Source: Candidatus Latescibacterota bacterium
GTDB lineage: Bacteria; Latescibacterota; UBA2968; GCA-2709665
DNA: 64,000 nt
Assembly: GCA_965203805.1 (NCBI GenBank)
Contig: OZ241917.1
Span: 3,552,001-3,616,000 of the forward strand
Direction of reading: 5' to 3'
Shown here: one piece after another, positions 49,155-59,177 of the stretch
Layout of the letters: every line of letters starts with the position of its first letter
How positions within the stretch are numbered: the stretch's first letter is position 1
The notes under the pieces: generated by a model
What the model saw: the letters and a program-made list of their open reading frames with translations, nothing else
Told to the model about the DNA's origin: nothing
The model's database searches: none
Program-made: the position numbers and the translations under genes

Positions 49155-50693
49155 CTACCCCCAATCCTCCAGGATGGCCTTCGCGGCGTTGTGCCCCGGC
49201 GCCCCGGTCACTTCGCCGCCGGGGTGTGTGCCCGCGCCGCAAAGATAGAGGTTCTCGATCGGTGTCGCGTAGTGCGACCACCCGCCCAGGGGCCGTTGCG
49301 CGAGGAACTGGTCCGGCACGATGTCCAGGTGCCGAATGTTTCCGTCTGTCAGGCCCACCCGGTCCTCCAGGTCATGCGGTGTGAACAGCGACCAGTCCAC
49401 CAGAATGTCCCGCAGGTTCGGCGCGTAGATCGACAGCGTATCGATCAGCCGCTCGCCCACCTCTTCGCGCCGCTCATCCCACGTGCCGTCGCGCGGGCGA
49501 ACGGGCGCATAGAGGGCCCAGACGGACATCACGTGGTGGCCGTCCGGCGCCATCGTGTCGTCGTAAACGGATGGGATCTGTACTTCGATCACCGGCTCCC
49601 GAGCGGGATCTCCGCGGCGCGCGTCGTCCCAGGCGCGAGCGAAATAGTCGATGGACGGGCAGATTTTGATCTCCGCAAACCAGCGGGGATCATAGCCAGA
49701 TTCGCCCCTCGCGAAGTCCGGCAAGCCGGAAAGCGCCGCATGGAACTTCAGGTAGGCCGCCCTGGTTTTCATGCGATTCGCCCTCGCAAGGAATCCCGCA
49801 TCCAGCGCACCGGGCGGCAGCAGCTTCATGAATGTCCGCTTCGGGTCCGCGTTCGAAACCACGATCCGGCTGCGGATTTCCGTGCCGTCGGCAAGCGCCG
49901 CGCCGCACGCGCTTCCATTTGACAACAGAACCCGCTCGACTTCCGCGCCCGTTTGCAATACCGCCCCACGCGCCCTCGCCGCCCTCGCAAGGGCGTTGGC
50001 GATGCCGCCCATCCCGCCCTTGACGATCCCCACGTTCTCCGGCCGGCCGAAAACGCCGCATTTGATGTACGTGTAAACCCACGCGCTGCCCGGCGCCGCG
50101 GGATCGCCCACGTCCTGCGCCTGGATGAACGCGCCCCGGGCCTGGTCGGACTCGAAGAAATCGGTCACGAGGTCGGTCATGCTGGTCGTGAGCAGGCGAT
50201 CCAGAAGCGCTTCGTCGTCCGTTCCACGCACGCGCGCGGCGATCTCGCTGATTGTAGGCGGCGGCGTCAGGAAATACGGGTAGATGAGGCCCGCCGCCCG
50301 TTCCCAGAAAGAGAGCCACTCGCGATAGGATTCCGCGTCCTTTTGCGAGAATCGCGCGAGTTCCGCCTGGCTGCGTTCCAGGTCGTCCCACAGGCGGAGG
50401 GCGGAGCCGTCCGGGAAGGGCTGGAAACGGGAGGGGTCCAGGTGATGGACGTCGAACCCTTGCTCCCGCAGGCCCAGCTCGTCGATCACCCGGTCCTGCA
50501 ACAGGTGGCAGATGTACGAGCAGGACGAAAACCGGTACCCCGGGAAGAGTTCCTCGGTCGCACAGGCGCCGCCCAGGATGTCCCTGCGTTCCAGCAGGAG
50601 AACATCCATCCCGGCATCGGCCAGGTAGGCCGCCGCAACCAGCCCGTTGTGCCCGCCGCCCAGGATCAGTGCATCGCAATCAACCGTGGCCAT
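49155..50693 (-). CDS. Phytoene desaturase-like FAD oxidoreductase
   Basis: GGGHNGL.AA.YLA, GGMG, LYLCGAGTHPGG.VTGAPG. Confidence 0.9.
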   Translation of the reverse strand: MATVDCDALILGGGHNGLVAAAYLADAGMDVLLLERRDILGGACATEELFPGYRFSSCSYICHLLQDRVIDELGLREQGFDVHHLDPSRFQPFPDGSALRLWDDLERSQAELARFSQKDAESYREWLSFWERAAGLIYPYFLTPPPTISEIAARVRGTDDEALLDRLLTTSMTDLVTDFFESDQARGAFIQAQDVGDPAAPGSAWVYTYIKCGVFGRPENVGIVKGGMGGIANALARAARARGAVLQTGAEVERVLLSNGSACGAALADGTEIRSRIVVSNADPKRTFMKLLPPGALDAGFLARANRMKTRAAYLKFHAALSGLPDFARGESGYDPRWFAEIKICPSIDYFARAWDDARRGDPAREPVIEVQIPSVYDDTMAPDGHHVMSVWALYAPVRPRDGTWDERREEVGERLIDTLSIYAPNLRDILVDWSLFTPHDLEDRVGLTDGNIRHLDIVPDQFLAQRPLGGWSHYATPIENLYLCGAGTHPGGEVTGAPGHNAAKAILEDWG

Positions 50694-50726
50694 AGTAATC
50701 TCTCCATACAGTACTTGCCGATTCCA

Positions 50727-51047
50727 CTACCGAACCCCCCAGCCATTCTTCATCAACCAGTCGCGGACCTGCTGCCGGCAATCTCCCTGCAATTCGATCG
50801 TGTCCCCCCGGAACGTCCCTCCCGTTCCGCACGCTTGCCGCAAGGCCCGCGCGAGATCCTTCAAATCTCCCTTCTGAAGCACCAGACCGCCAGCCAGCGT
50901 GACGACCTTGCCCCTCTTCCTTTTCTCCAGCGAAATCCGAATCCGCTGCTCTTCCGGCGCACGGGAAACCTGCACTTCCGTGTCAAACTCAGGCACGTCG
51001 TCGGAAACAAACGCCCATCCCTCCCCGGATGTTCGCCTAATCGCCAT
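50727..51047 (-). CDS. yciH: SUI1-family translation initiation factor (YciH)
   Basis: RRGK.VT-like KRGKVVT, CGTGGT, IELQGD. Confidence 0.85.
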   Translation of the reverse strand: MAIRRTSGEGWAFVSDDVPEFDTEVQVSRAPEEQRIRISLEKRKRGKVVTLAGGLVLQKGDLKDLARALRQACGTGGTFRGDTIELQGDCRQQVRDWLMKNGWGVR

Positions 51048-51447
51048 ATTTCTCCCTTAACCTGAACTTACATGGATGGACAGGATGTGCAGGATAAAGA
51101 CCAAAAAGCACGAAAAAACGAACATCAGAAACTACGAAACACACGAAAAAGCGCGAAAAAAACACGAAAACCACGTCACAGGCGCGAGAGAACGAATAAC
51201 GGCAGTGAATCAATTTACCATAGACCGCACGTCGTCATAACGAACACCCTGAAACCCCAACATATTACGGGGAGCACCGTATTGTTTACATCCTCCCACT
51301 CTTCTTTGGTTGGATCCGGATGTCGACTATTTGCTGCTCCCGAAAATAAATGGAAGCTGACAACTGCTCTTCCTGACCACTGGTCACTGTCCACTATTTA
51401 CTGCTCCTGGTAATAACACGGGCCAAACCGATTCCGGACGCTTCAGT

Positions 51448-52644
51448 TCACCGCATTCTTTTCCCTTCTCCAAAGTCGGGCACGGCCGTCAGCACGCCGC
51501 CGTTCATCGCGGACTGGTGCGCGATCAGGCCCGGAACCAGGTACCGCGCCGCCTGCCAAACGCTGTTCGGCGGCGTTTCGCCGGTCACACACGCCGTCAC
51601 GAAATCGTGTACCAGAAACTGATGGGCCCCCTTGTGTCCGTTGCCCAGGCCGATAAATTCCCTGGGCAGCAGGTGCACCGGATGTACCCGCGACACGCCC
51701 TGGTGCGTGCCGTCGTCCCCCGTCACCGCGCCCATCGGGTCGTCGGCCGGCCCGGCCGGCACGCCCTCGCAGGACAATTCCGAGGAAAGATCCACGCAGG
51801 TTTTCCGGTCCTTGTTGATCCACACCTGGCCGCCCACCTGTTCCTCGTATCCCGCATCGGTCCCGTACAGACTCATCCCGACCGTGCCGGGATGTCCGAT
51901 CCGGCGGAACTCGTTGAAGCGCGCCATGCTCCCGTCCGACATCCTGCACAACATGGTTTCGTTGCTGAACGGGTTCTTCCAGACATTGTCGTCGCGCGCG
52001 TACAGATTGTCTTCGTGGCGGTCGACGAAGCCCATGCCGCTCACGTGGGTGGCATGCGCCCCGGTGACCGACACGATCATGCTTGTCGAATGCGTCGGAT
52101 AAAACATGGGGGGCGACCCGAAATACCGCTTCCACTCCTCACCGTGGCGCCACTGCGACACCGCATACAGTCCGTGGGAGTAATCGTGGTAATACTCCGC
52201 CTCCCCGTACACGATATGGCCGAAGTCTCCCTTCCTGAAGCGGTCGCGGCAGTAAATCGTACACGGGTAATAGTAACTCGTCTCCCCGATCATATACGTC
52301 AACCCCGTCTCCTCGACAGCCTTGACGAGATCGGCAATTTCCTCCAGGCTGACGGCTGACGGCACCGCGGAATACACGTGCTTGCCGCTGCGCAGCGCCT
52401 GTACGGCCTGCGGTCCGTGAAGATGATGCTGGGTGATGATCGCGATCGCGTTCACGTCGGATTCACAGAGCGCATCGAGCGACGGATACGTGTCCGGCAC
52501 GTCGAAGCGCGCCGATTTCTCGGCCAGCTTCTCCGCGTCCAGGTCGCACAATACCAGGTGGTCCACGTCCGGGTGCGCTTTGAACAGCGGGATGAACGAG
52601 TTTGCAAACGCTCCGGTGCCGCAGATCCCTAGACGGATACCCAT
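51448..52644 (-). CDS. Gfo/Idh/MocA family oxidoreductase
   Basis: GICGTGAFA, GKHVYSAVP, EAEYYH, YPTH. Confidence 0.88.
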   Translation of the reverse strand: MGIRLGICGTGAFANSFIPLFKAHPDVDHLVLCDLDAEKLAEKSARFDVPDTYPSLDALCESDVNAIAIITQHHLHGPQAVQALRSGKHVYSAVPSAVSLEEIADLVKAVEETGLTYMIGETSYYYPCTIYCRDRFRKGDFGHIVYGEAEYYHDYSHGLYAVSQWRHGEEWKRYFGSPPMFYPTHSTSMIVSVTGAHATHVSGMGFVDRHEDNLYARDDNVWKNPFSNETMLCRMSDGSMARFNEFRRIGHPGTVGMSLYGTDAGYEEQVGGQVWINKDRKTCVDLSSELSCEGVPAGPADDPMGAVTGDDGTHQGVSRVHPVHLLPREFIGLGNGHKGAHQFLVHDFVTACVTGETPPNSVWQAARYLVPGLIAHQSAMNGGVLTAVPDFGEGKRMR

Positions 52645-52728
52645 TGCTACTCCGATTTAAAAAACTATCAGCGATTGGCGTTGAGTTAAAGAGGGCGAGA
52701 GGGAAGACGGGAGACGGGAGATATTGTG

Positions 52729-52783
52729 TGCCCTGTGCGGTTTCATCTCTTGCCGCAGGCATAAAGTAAGAACCAATCAGGCA
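52729..52783. repeat. 55-nt hairpin element, copy 4
   Basis: Flanked by agacggg and cgtct heptamer tracts; colinear with the other copies. Confidence 0.8.
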
Positions 52784-53032
52784 AGGACGTCATCTACCGT
52801 CTAACCTCTACCGTCTCACCGCCTTCATCTACCGTCTCACCGCCTTTTGCCGACCTATCCTCCAAGAAATACACGATAAGAGCAATGCGCAAGCCAGAAA
52901 ACCTCTCGCCCGGTGAGCCTATCAGCTGAATCGACCGGCAATCCTGCAGAATGTGCTTCGTTGCGGCGCACCTGTTGAATCTTGAATCCCGGATTCACAT
53001 TTCGTAAATTGCCCCCATCGAAAGGAGGCGCC

Positions 53033-55357
53033 ATGGATCTCTCTAAGTTTCAGGACGACGCCATTGAATCGGAATGGATGCTCTCGGACGCAGAACAGGA
53101 TGAGCACGTCACGCTCCCCCTAGACGTCGGCGACTGGGGTCTGGCCAACGAAATCCGCGCCGACATCTTCCTCCCCGACGGGGTGGACGACCAGATCTAC
53201 TGCACGCTCACCTCGGGAAACCGTACCGAGGGCATGAGCGAGGACGACGGCTATTGGTTCAACGCCATCGTCTCCCCTCGCGGCGGCAACATCTGGCGGG
53301 GTTGGCGGGAATTCCGTTTCCCGGCCGAGTGTTTCTACACCCGGGGTATTCCGTCCGCGGGGTGGGGCGACATGTCCTCAGGCGACGTCCGCCTGCCGCC
53401 CGGGAGCCGGATCCGGAATATCCGTCTGATCCGGCGCCGGATCGTCCGGGGTCCGAGAATGTCCGATAACGCCCTCATCGCCGCCGTCGATCTGACCCGC
53501 CCGGGACTCAAAGTCGCGTTGCGGGCGCCGGACACGTCATCCTGTCTGGCGGCAATCGCGGACCACTTCCGTTTGAGCGCGTTCGACCGGCGGCACACGG
53601 CGCCCGGATCCGCTACCGACGCAAACATCGAAGAGGCGGACCGTATCCTCGCCGGTTACATCATGGACCACCACTGGCCGGACGGCGTGGACTGGGACGC
53701 CAACCCCTACGGATACATCGAGTGGTCTATCATCATTCACGCTTTCTACTACTTCAAATCGCTCGAACTCGCCTGGACAAAGACCCGCGACCCGAAATAC
53801 GCAAAGGGAATCGAGGGCATTCTGCGCGACTGGATGAGTAAGACACCCGTGCCCTACGACGTCCGCGCCGGCGGCCTGGCCTGGGGACATTCGCTGATTG
53901 TCAGCATGCGGTCGTTCAATACGCTTGTCGATGCCTTCACCGTGCTCTGCGACTGTCCGGAAACCGAAGACCGGACGATCGTCGACCTGCTCAAATCCAT
54001 CTACGAACACGCCGTCTACCTTCTGAAATTCGAGTCATTCCCGCCTTCCAACAAAACCATATCGGAAGGCAGGTCCCTGCTCGCAACGGCGTGCTCCTTC
54101 CCTGAATTCAACGAAGCCGAATCCTGGTACGAAGCCGCCAGCCGGAGGCTTCTGGACGATATGAACATCCAGGTGATGCCGGACGGCGCCTCATACGAAC
54201 TCACGCCGGGCTATCAGGTCTCAATCGCCTCCTGGTTCCTCGATGCCTACAACGTGACCGGCAAATTCGACCGATCGCTGGATCCCGAACTGGAAGCCGG
54301 CATCCGGCGCATGTACGACTGGTGCGTCTCCATCAACCGACCCGACTTCACCTTCCCCTCCATTTCCGACGCCGGCAGCCTGGATGGAAAATTCGGTGAC
54401 GCGCTCGCCCGCCCGGGCGCCATTCTCAATGACGAGAACGCCATCTGGATCGGCAGCGAGGGCGAAGAAGGCAACCCGCCCGAGTACGCCTCCATCGCAC
54501 ACCCGGACTCCGGTTACTTTGTCATGCGCAGCGGCTGGGATCGGGACGCCCGCTACATGCTGTTCGAAGGAGGGCCGTACGGTCGTTTTCACCAGCACGA
54601 AGATATGCTTTCGTTCGATCTGTACTCCCACGGCCTGCCCTTTATCGTAGACCCGGGAATCACCTCGTACTACCCGAACCCGTGGACGTCGTTCTACCGG
54701 ACAACCGAAGCGCACAACACGGTGCTGGTGGACGGCTGCGGGCAGAACCGCCGGGCCCAGTCCATTGACGAATGGGTGGAATCCGCCCGGGACAGGACGG
54801 TGTGGCGCTCCGACGACCGTTGCGACGTCGCCCTGGCGACGTACGACGCGGGTTATGCCGGGCTGGACGCGTCCGTCGCCCACCGCCGGGCTGTCATGTT
54901 CGTCAAGCCCGATTACTTCCTGATCTTCGACGAACTCGCGGGCGAAGGCCGCCATACGTACGAGGCGCTCTTCCACTTCATGCCCTACCGCGTGCTGATC
55001 GACCCCGACACCGGCGCCGCGCGAACAGGACGCATGCATCCGCCGAACCTGGAAGTCGTGCCCCTCGTCAAAATGACCCCGCGCCTGGTCTGCGGCCGGA
55101 ACGATCCGGTCCAGGGCTGGCTCGCCATCGACGGGCAGGACGTTCCAGCGCCGGTCGTCATCTACAAAAAACGGACGACGTTGCCCTTACGGACCGGGTA
55201 CGCCCTGGTGCCCTTCACGGAAGGCGTCAGCGCGGGCGCCACGCCACGAATAACGCGTCGCGGCGACACCTGGAACGTGCGCATCGCGCGTCCGGACGGG
55301 ACGATCGATCGGATCAACGTGGACTGGTCCGACAGCAACGGTCCTGTGCTGGTTTAG
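53033..55357 (+). CDS. Heparinase II/III-family polysaccharide lyase
   Basis: QV.PDG.SYE.TPGY, SGYFVMRSGW, HQHED.LSF, VDPG, AHNTV.VDG; AGGAGG RBS. Confidence 0.88.
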   Translation: MDLSKFQDDAIESEWMLSDAEQDEHVTLPLDVGDWGLANEIRADIFLPDGVDDQIYCTLTSGNRTEGMSEDDGYWFNAIVSPRGGNIWRGWREFRFPAECFYTRGIPSAGWGDMSSGDVRLPPGSRIRNIRLIRRRIVRGPRMSDNALIAAVDLTRPGLKVALRAPDTSSCLAAIADHFRLSAFDRRHTAPGSATDANIEEADRILAGYIMDHHWPDGVDWDANPYGYIEWSIIIHAFYYFKSLELAWTKTRDPKYAKGIEGILRDWMSKTPVPYDVRAGGLAWGHSLIVSMRSFNTLVDAFTVLCDCPETEDRTIVDLLKSIYEHAVYLLKFESFPPSNKTISEGRSLLATACSFPEFNEAESWYEAASRRLLDDMNIQVMPDGASYELTPGYQVSIASWFLDAYNVTGKFDRSLDPELEAGIRRMYDWCVSINRPDFTFPSISDAGSLDGKFGDALARPGAILNDENAIWIGSEGEEGNPPEYASIAHPDSGYFVMRSGWDRDARYMLFEGGPYGRFHQHEDMLSFDLYSHGLPFIVDPGITSYYPNPWTSFYRTTEAHNTVLVDGCGQNRRAQSIDEWVESARDRTVWRSDDRCDVALATYDAGYAGLDASVAHRRAVMFVKPDYFLIFDELAGEGRHTYEALFHFMPYRVLIDPDTGAARTGRMHPPNLEVVPLVKMTPRLVCGRNDPVQGWLAIDGQDVPAPVVIYKKRTTLPLRTGYALVPFTEGVSAGATPRITRRGDTWNVRIARPDGTIDRINVDWSDSNGPVLV

Positions 55358-55403
55358 TTCTACAATCGTACATAGAGAAACAGGGACCGGAGAAAGGAGG
55401 TAG

Positions 55404-55598
55404 ATGATGAGAATGCAAAAGTACATTTACTGGCAGGACGGCCCGATGTTTCTGGGATATCTTGATGAATATCCCGACTATTGGACTCAGGGCGAGACGA
55501 TGGGCGAACTGAAAGAAAACCTGATCGATATTTACAATGAGCTGACAGGGGGCGCCATTCCATGTGTGCGGAAGGCTGCTGAATTACAGGTATCATGA
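55404..55598 (+). CDS. hicB: HicB-family antitoxin
   Basis: YPDY.TQGET..EL.ENL.D; AGGAGG RBS; ATGA overlap with the downstream ORF. Confidence 0.82.
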   Translation: MMRMQKYIYWQDGPMFLGYLDEYPDYWTQGETMGELKENLIDIYNELTGGAIPCVRKAAELQVS

Positions 55599-55771
55599 AA
55601 CGACGAGACTTGATAAACCACTTAAGAGAAATAGGTTGTGTATTTATACGTCACGGGTCAAGGCACGACTGGTATCAAAATCCCAATACCAGGGTATCTC
55701 AGCCTGTTCCCCGGCATAGAGAAATCAAAGAGTCCTTGGCAAAACACATCATGAAGATGCTTTCTGGATAA
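55595..55771 (+). CDS. hicA: HicA-family mRNA interferase toxin (absent from the ORF track, 58 aa)
   Basis: MKRRDLINHLREIGCVFIRHGSRHDWYQNPNTRVSQPVPRHREIKESLAKHIMKMLSG*. Confidence 0.88.
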   Translation: MKRRDLINHLREIGCVFIRHGSRHDWYQNPNTRVSQPVPRHREIKESLAKHIMKMLSG

Positions 55772-55805
55772 ACTAAACTCGTAACCCCTCCGTTGGGAGA
55801 AGCCC

Positions 55806-57482
55806 ATGCAGCCCAATTACGATGTAGACATGAGCCTGGACGTAAAGGTCCCCATGCGCGATGGAGTCAATCTCTCGGCGGACATTTACCTGCCGCGCGC
55901 GCGAAGGAGATTCCCCACTGTCCTTATGCGCACGCCCTATAGCAATAACGCAGATCCGATGGTCGAAAAGGCCATGCGGCTCGCGAACGACGGATACGCC
56001 TGCGTCCTGCAGGATTGCCGCGGACGCTGGGACTCCGAAGGCACCTACTATGCGTTCCGGGAAGGGGAAGACGGGTTCGATACCCAGGAGTGGATCGGGG
56101 CCCGGGAATGGTGCGACGGCAACATCGGCATGGCCGGAAGTTCTTACGGCGGGACGGTACAGTGGCGCAGCGCGCCGTACCGGAGCCGATATCTGAAATG
56201 CATAGCACCCAGGGTGATCTGCACCGATTATTACACGGGTCTCGTCCACCCCGGCGGCGCTTTCCAGCTCAACGTACTGCTGACCTGGGGCATGCGTACC
56301 AACGCCCGCACCGGCCAGACCATCGAGTTTCACAACTGGACCGAAGCCTTCCGGGCGCTGCCGCTCGAGAAGATGGACGAACACGCAGGCCGCAATCTGG
56401 CCTTCTGGAAAGACTGGGTCGAACACGACGCGTACGACGACTACTGGGAGGATTTCAACGACGAAACCCGGTGGCGCGACATGGCAGCCCCCGCGTTCAA
56501 TATGGGCGGCTGGTACGACCTCTATGCCACGCAAACCTTCAGCAACTACAACGGGCTTCGCCTGAACGGCGGGTCGGAAGAGGCCAAGAAGAGCAAACTC
56601 ATTGTCGGTCCGTGGCCGCATGCGCTAAGCGCGTCGCCGAAGACAGGCGACGTCGATTTCGGGGCGCCTTCCATGGTCGATCTCGAAAGCCTGGAACAGC
56701 GCTGGTTCGACTATTGGCTCAAGGGCATCGACAACGGCATTGCGGACGAACCGCCGTTGCGGCTTTTCATCATGGGCGTCAACCGGTGGCGCGACGAATT
56801 CGAGTGGCCCCTCGCGCGGACCCAGTGGCAAAAATGGCACCTGCATTCCGCCGGGCAGGCCAACACGCTGCTTGGCGACGGCTGTCTGTCAATCGAGACG
56901 CCGGCGCAGGAATCCCCGGACCACTTCACGTACGATCCCCGCTACCCGGTACCAACCATGGGCGGCAACAACTGCTGCTCTCCTCACATCGTCCCATGGG
57001 GACCGCAGGACCAGCGGCCCGTGGAAATGCGGAGCGACGTGCTCTGCTATACCAGCGACCCTATGCAAGCAGACCTGGAGGTCACGGGCCCTGTTAAAGC
57101 GGTCGTTTACGCCGCCACTGACTGTACGGACACGGACTGGACCGCCAAGCTGGTGGACGTGTCGCCATCCGGGTATGCCATGAACCTCTGCGACGGCATT
57201 CTTAGAGCCCGCTTCCGGGAAAACCTTACAGACCCGACCCTGCTCGAATCCGGCAACGTGTACGCCTATGAGATCGATCTGGGCGTCACCGGAAACGTCT
57301 TCAGGAAAGGCCACCGCATCCGCCTCGAGGTCTCGTCGTCGAACTTCCCGCGGTTCGACCGGAATCTCAACACGGGCGGTTCCCTGGGCAGCGAGACCGA
57401 AATGCGCCAGGCCCATCAGACCGTCCACCACTCCGGACAATTTCCGTCCCATGTTGTCCTGCCGGTAATCCCGCCAACATAG
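55806..57482 (+). CDS. CocE/NonD family serine hydrolase
   Basis: MRDGV.L.ADIY.P, RTPY, D.RGR..SEG, GSSYGG, GWYD, GPWPH, SSNFPRFDRN. Confidence 0.93.
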   Translation: MQPNYDVDMSLDVKVPMRDGVNLSADIYLPRARRRFPTVLMRTPYSNNADPMVEKAMRLANDGYACVLQDCRGRWDSEGTYYAFREGEDGFDTQEWIGAREWCDGNIGMAGSSYGGTVQWRSAPYRSRYLKCIAPRVICTDYYTGLVHPGGAFQLNVLLTWGMRTNARTGQTIEFHNWTEAFRALPLEKMDEHAGRNLAFWKDWVEHDAYDDYWEDFNDETRWRDMAAPAFNMGGWYDLYATQTFSNYNGLRLNGGSEEAKKSKLIVGPWPHALSASPKTGDVDFGAPSMVDLESLEQRWFDYWLKGIDNGIADEPPLRLFIMGVNRWRDEFEWPLARTQWQKWHLHSAGQANTLLGDGCLSIETPAQESPDHFTYDPRYPVPTMGGNNCCSPHIVPWGPQDQRPVEMRSDVLCYTSDPMQADLEVTGPVKAVVYAATDCTDTDWTAKLVDVSPSGYAMNLCDGILRARFRENLTDPTLLESGNVYAYEIDLGVTGNVFRKGHRIRLEVSSSNFPRFDRNLNTGGSLGSETEMRQAHQTVHHSGQFPSHVVLPVIPPT

Positions 57483-57548
57483 CGTTCAAGACCCGCCGAG
57501 ACGTCTGGCGGGCGAGCGCCTCCCTGCCCGCGAGAAGGAATTTCAGAC

Positions 57549-58937
57549 ATGCCCGATCCCAATCTGGTCATTGCCATCCCGGACAAGAGCTTCGGTTTCG
57601 TTCCCGGCCAGCGGATCTCAATCGACATCCACGTGATCGGGCTCGATAAGCAGACGGCTCGCGTCCGGCTCGCGGTCAACGATGCTCTGGGCGCGACGCG
57701 GTTTGCTTCGGGGGAGGTCGACCGGGACCTGGACGACGGACACACGGTCCTTCCGTTTCATTGCGATGTCGAGACCGACTTTCCGCCCGGCGCCTATCTC
57801 ATCACCGCGCATGTCCATTCGAGTGCACAGAATTTCAGAGCCATCGCCACCGAGTCCTTCGAGGTGGTCGCGCCCGGAAGCCGCCTGCAAGACGGCTTTC
57901 CGGTTGCCCCGCGTGACCGCGTCATGGATTCAGAATACGATTTCGATCCTGCCGACGCGCAAACGCTGGCGGCGGCGTTCCACACGGCGCACGCGGCGTG
58001 TGAAGCTTGCCGCAATCCGGACGGCGGGTGGGGTGAAAGCCCGGATGCGGAAAAACCCGCGTACCGCTCGCCGGCGAATGTCACCCTGGGCTACCTGTAC
58101 GGTTACGAAGCGCTGGGCGACGAGCAATACAAAAAGCTGGCTCTGAGCGGCCTGGACTATCTCTGTTCGGAGCAGGAAGAGAACGGCGCCTTCCGATGGT
58201 GGTACAAGGCCGTCCCCGGCGGCGTGATGAACCAGCGCGATAACTTCTATGACACGGGCTGGGCCGGGCTGGCGCTCGCCGAGGGGTTTCGCGTTACGGG
58301 CGAGGCGAAATACCTCGATGCCGTTCGAAGGGCCGCTGACTGGACGATGACCTGCCCGTTTACGGGAAACAACAACTACGATGCATTCGCCCTCTGGTTT
58401 CTCTCCCTGCTGTACGACTTTACCGGAGACGAAGAATATCTGGAGACGGGCGTCTGGCGGACCCGGGGCGGCGTTATCTTCGCGCAGCTTCCCAGGGGCG
58501 GATGGCCGGGTCATAATTTCCATATCGGCTATCAAGCCATTACCGCCAACGGCCTTGCGTCCCTGTACGACGTGCTTCCGCGGGACCATCCGTTCTCCGA
58601 TCCGCTCAGGGACCGCCTCTGCGCGGCCCTCAATTTCGCCACATTCCTGCAGACGGAGACGGGGGACTATTGCATGGGTTGGGAATATGACCGGGACTTC
58701 CGTCTCGACGGCGCGGGACGGCCCGCAGGAAAAACGGTACCCGCCCGGGCCGAGCTCATCCGCGCCTATTACAAGACCCGCACCCGCCTGGATGTGCCGG
58801 TCAATGTCCTCAACGGGCTCTGCCGCTCCACCATCGCCAGAATTGAATCCCTTGAGGATCGCTCCGAAGACAACCGGAAAGAGCACACCTACCTGATGGA
58901 CATCGGCACGCTCCTCAAATGGCGTCACAACAAATAA
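57549..58937 (+). CDS. Hypothetical protein with an N-terminal beta domain and a probable (alpha/alpha)-barrel domain
   Basis: Repeated Y..tGd..Yl..A helical hairpins and Q..dG.W/F motifs. Confidence 0.65.
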   Translation: MPDPNLVIAIPDKSFGFVPGQRISIDIHVIGLDKQTARVRLAVNDALGATRFASGEVDRDLDDGHTVLPFHCDVETDFPPGAYLITAHVHSSAQNFRAIATESFEVVAPGSRLQDGFPVAPRDRVMDSEYDFDPADAQTLAAAFHTAHAACEACRNPDGGWGESPDAEKPAYRSPANVTLGYLYGYEALGDEQYKKLALSGLDYLCSEQEENGAFRWWYKAVPGGVMNQRDNFYDTGWAGLALAEGFRVTGEAKYLDAVRRAADWTMTCPFTGNNNYDAFALWFLSLLYDFTGDEEYLETGVWRTRGGVIFAQLPRGGWPGHNFHIGYQAITANGLASLYDVLPRDHPFSDPLRDRLCAALNFATFLQTETGDYCMGWEYDRDFRLDGAGRPAGKTVPARAELIRAYYKTRTRLDVPVNVLNGLCRSTIARIESLEDRSEDNRKEHTYLMDIGTLLKWRHNK

Positions 58938-58960
58938 GGCACGGCTTGCGCCGTGCCTTG
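58937..58960. terminator. Hairpin directly after the stop codon
   Basis: aaggcacggc-ttgc-gccgtgcctt. Confidence 0.5.
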
Positions 58961-59177
58961 AATTTCTCCAATGGCCCCCGGGGGCCTTGCCTTCCTGCGA
59001 GACGACTGTAGTTCTTGCTGCATTCCCGCTAAGTGTCGCATATTGCTACACTTAGGAGCGAGGGCATCTTGTCCTCATCGCGCCCTTGTGGTCCTAACGC
59101 TTCAAGGCGCGCACATCGACTGATTGGGTTTCTGGTTCAAGCTGATTGCTGAGAGCTGACGGCTGAATTCAGGCAAG

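Noticed and set aside
51072-51413. 113-aa Lys/Arg-rich ORF
   Set aside because: Its composition arises from low-complexity ACACGAAAA and CAGGAT intergenic repeats; no protein motif
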